26,334 nucleotides of DNA. It comes from Candidatus Aminicenantaceae bacterium. Lineage in GTDB: Bacteria; Acidobacteriota; Aminicenantia; Aminicenantales; Aminicenantaceae. Of this stretch, positions 24,177 to 26,334 are shown in pieces. The position numbers and the translations under genes were made by a program. The notes beneath the pieces were generated by a model. It ran no database searches, had not been told where the DNA came from, and saw only the letters and a program-made list of their open reading frames with translations. Within the stretch, counting starts at the first letter, position 1, and each line of letters opens with the position of its first letter. The stretch spans positions 1-26,334 of the forward strand of contig JBGUED010000001.1 of assembly GCA_041821525.1 (NCBI GenBank), in the 5' to 3' direction.

Positions 24177-24694
24177 TATCTTTTGTCTCTTATGAAGTCT
24201 TTAAATTTATCCAGGCGAGGATCGATGTCACCGGCGGCACAGGAACAGTTGCCTTCCTTTATGATATTGCCGCACATGGGACAGATTCCCTGGCAGTCCT
24301 TGGCACACAGCGGCCTCACCGGGAAGGTGAGGTTGAGCTGCTCCAGGACGACGTCCTTTACGTCGATCTTATAGCTGTAAAAAAACAGCTGGCTGAGGTC
24401 TTCCTCGTCGAGCTGATCCTTCACCGCCTCCAGTTCCTCCGGTAGATAGACCAAGTCGAAACCCGAGTCCACCTGGAACTCGAACGGCGAGAGGCAGCGA
24501 CTGCACACGAAACTCAATCGGGTGGCGATGCTGCCCTGGATGAAGATCTCCTCACCCACCCGCCGGACGGTGATATCGGCATGAACGGGCTCGAGGAATA
24601 CGGCATTCTCCTCCACCAGTTCCGAGCTGAAAAACTCAAATTCCTGGCTGACCTTCAGCCCATCTTCCGTCAGCCTATCAATGTCTATGATCAT
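24176..24694 (-). CDS. yceD: YceD/DUF177 family protein (23S rRNA accumulation / large-subunit biogenesis), 172 aa
   Basis: 'CSRCL', 'EQLNL.FP.RPLC...C.GICP.CG', 'DPRL', in its canonical position upstream of rpmF-plsX. Confidence 0.92.
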   Translation of the reverse strand: MIIDIDRLTEDGLKVSQEFEFFSSELVEENAVFLEPVHADITVRRVGEEIFIQGSIATRLSFVCSRCLSPFEFQVDSGFDLVYLPEELEAVKDQLDEEDLSQLFFYSYKIDVKDVVLEQLNLTFPVRPLCAKDCQGICPMCGNIIKEGNCSCAAGDIDPRLDKFKDFIRDKR

Positions 24695-24738
24695 TGCAGT
24701 ATTGTCTCTGTAGGTCGTACTTCAAAAAAAGTTATCCT

Positions 24739-24766
24739 ATTATACCATCTTGCCTCCCTTTGTCAA
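24739..24766 (-). promoter_or_regulatory. Consensus sigma70 promoter for the yceD-rpmF-plsX-fab operon
   Basis: TTGACA (24766-24761), 16 nt spacer, TGG-TATAAT (24744-24739). Both hexamers are perfect and the -10 is extended. Confidence 0.88.
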
Positions 24767-24847
24767 TAATGCCTCCGCGCCCCGTGGCCCGCCGGAAAAA
24801 GGCCCTACCCCCTGGGAATATCCCGGCTTTCCCTCTCCTCTCCCGGC

Positions 24848-24875
24848 TTGCATTTCCCTTCGGGTCGAGTATAAT
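24848..24875 (+). promoter_or_regulatory. sigma70 promoter for the small hypothetical gene and probably polA
   Basis: TTGCAT (24848-24853), 16 nt spacer, TATAAT (24870-24875). An AGAGGA RBS follows before ATG 24901. Confidence 0.75.
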
Positions 24876-24900
24876 GGAAGAGATTCTAAGAGGACTCGTC

Positions 24901-25152
24901 ATGTCGGGCTTGAACACGGAAGTGGAGCACGAACGTGAAACCCATCACGTGCAAACCCAGGACCTGGGACCGGGGTCGAACTGCGTGGAAACCACCGTCT
25001 ACAAAGCCGGTCGAGTTCTGTCGTCCCGGCGTGCGTACTACACCTCCTTCCTCACAAGCAGCGCACTTCCGGAAAAGATCCAGGAGCTCATCCAGGACGA
25101 ACATACGGCTGTGATCCGGGAGATCGAGGAAGGAAAGTTCGCCCATCTCTGA
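24901..25152 (+). CDS. Small conserved-looking hypothetical protein, 83 aa
   Basis: Start reassigned from 24694 to ATG 24901 (promoter and RBS upstream). MSGLNTEVEHERETHHVQTQDLG...ETTVYKAGRVLSSRRAYY...EHTAVIREIEEGKF; I recall a 'G.NT.v......yHVQTED.G' pattern in uncharacterised bacterial proteins. Confidence 0.75.
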   Translation: MSGLNTEVEHERETHHVQTQDLGPGSNCVETTVYKAGRVLSSRRAYYTSFLTSSALPEKIQELIQDEHTAVIREIEEGKFAHL

Positions 25153-25211
25153 ACCAGGCGCCCGGCCCATCCCCGAAACAGTTTCTGGAACTTGAGGCGT
25201 CAGACACTATC

Positions 25212-26334
25212 ATGCATAAACCAGGGATAGACACACTGTTCTTGATCGACGGGAATTCCCTGCTCTACCGAGCTTACTATGCCATCCGGGGATTGACCAA
25301 CTCGCAGGGGACCGCCACGAATGCAGCCTACGGCTTTCTCGCCGGGATACGGAAGCTTATCGAACGGGAAGGGCCGGAGTATCTGGGAGTGGTGTTCGAT
25401 TCCAAGGGCCCGACTTTCCGGCATTCCATGTACCAGGATTACAAGGCCACACGGAAACCCATGCCCGAAGACCTGGTCCTTCAGGTCCCGATTGTGAAAG
25501 CCCTGCTGAAGGCCCTGCGCATCCCCGTTTTTGCACAGCCGGGATACGAAGGTGATGACATCCTGGGCAGCCTGGCCCGCAAGCCTATACCTCGGAACGT
25601 ACACGCTGTCCTCATGTCGCAAGACAAAGACCTCTACCAGCTAGTGAATTCCGACACCTCCATCTTCAATCCCATGAAGGAGCAGTATCTGGATGAAAAG
25701 GCCGTCAAGGACATCTTCGGTGTCCGGCCCGATCAGGTAGTAGGCGTCCTGGCCCTGTGGGGGGACACATCCGACAACGTCCCCGGTGTCGCAGGGATAG
25801 GAGAAAAGACTGCCAAGGCCCTGATCAACCAGTACGATTCCCTGGACAACCTGCTGGAAAACCTCTCGCACCTGAAAAATCCTCATGTGCGCACCCGGAT
25901 CCAGGAGAATCTGGACAGCCTCGACCTCAGCCGTCGGCTGGTGACCATCGAGACCGGATTGGAACTGGAGCTCAATCTGGAGGCCCTGGCCGTGACAGAC
26001 CCGGACTACGATGCCCTCCTCCCCCTTCTCCAGGAACTGGAATTCACCTCCCTGCTCTCGGACTATGCGGGCCGCTCCAGCCGGTTCCCGACCTCATATT
26101 CGACCCTCCTCCTGGAAAAGGACCTGAAAAAACTGGTCGCTGACATACAAAAGACAAAGGCGGTCTCGCTGGATACCGAAACCGACAGTCCGGCTCCAAC
26201 CCGGGCCCGGCTGGTGGGAATGTCCTTTGCGAGGGAACCGGGCAAGGCCGCATATCTTCCCCTGGCCCACGACTATGCCGGCGCCCCCGACCAGATCCCC
26301 AAGGACAAAGCCCTGAAGCTCCTGGAGCCGGTCC
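25212..26334 (+). CDS. polA: DNA polymerase I, 5' part (5'-3' exonuclease and start of the 3'-5' exonuclease domain); truncated by the right edge
   Basis: Not in the ORF track because there is no stop. Read manually from ATG 25212: 'FLIDGNSLLYRAYYA', 'VFDSKGPTFRH', 'YKATR', 'YEGDD', 'DKDLYQ', 'GDTSDNVPGV.GIGEKTA', then the ExoI motif 'SLDTET' (Asp codon 26172-26174). Confidence 0.96.
   Translation, partial: MHKPGIDTLFLIDGNSLLYRAYYAIRGLTNSQGTATNAAYGFLAGIRKLIEREGPEYLGVVFDSKGPTFRHSMYQDYKATRKPMPEDLVLQVPIVKALLKALRIPVFAQPGYEGDDILGSLARKPIPRNVHAVLMSQDKDLYQLVNSDTSIFNPMKEQYLDEKAVKDIFGVRPDQVVGVLALWGDTSDNVPGVAGIGEKTAKALINQYDSLDNLLENLSHLKNPHVRTRIQENLDSLDLSRRLVTIETGLELELNLEALAVTDPDYDALLPLLQELEFTSLLSDYAGRSSRFPTSYSTLLLEKDLKKLVADIQKTKAVSLDTETDSPAPTRARLVGMSFAREPGKAAYLPLAHDYAGAPDQIPKDKALKLLEPV

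Noticed and set aside
24694-24900. N-terminal 69 aa of the track ORF 24694-25152
   Set aside because: It spans both divergent promoters; the ATG at 24874 overlaps the -10 box. The RBS supports ATG 24901.
25180-25214. Separate leaderless promoter for polA (CACTAT or TATCAT)
   Set aside because: The candidate -10 boxes abut or overlap the ATG, leaving no room for a start site upstream of it.

Overview
A bacterial chromosomal window, GC-rich by eye (not computed), made mostly of core genes. I see no tRNA/rRNA gene, CRISPR array, transposase or integrase. Block 1 (minus strand): guaA, dnaE, an orphan ORF, a RomR-like pseudo-receiver protein, coaX, a DnaD-like hypothetical, rnr, and a separately promoted ORF cut by the left edge that resembles SelB domain III. 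Block 2 (plus strand, divergent from guaA): apgM, an AmiC-like amidase, a Tat-exported DUF362 protein, a membrane polyferredoxin (NapH-NapG-like fusion with an internal twin-arginine motif), a divergent PAP2 protein, and an ArnT/PMT-like glycosyltransferase. Block 3 (minus strand): yceD, rpmF, plsX, fabG, acpP, fabF (no fabH/fabD), a long perfect palindrome, etfB, etfA, and a membrane-anchored sulfatase-like protein with a degenerate metal site. At the right edge, a small hypothetical protein and the 5' part of polA (missing from the ORF track) are transcribed divergently. Several near-consensus sigma70 promoters are readable; guaA and apgM look leaderless or near-leaderless. Gene content and style suggest an Acidobacteriota/Aminicenantes-like or deltaproteobacteria-like organism (inference only). 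The best candidates for an under-described system are the DUF362 + dual Sec/Tat polyferredoxin module, the RomR-like protein and the G-domain-less SelB-like protein. All family assignments come from motif recognition, not database searches.
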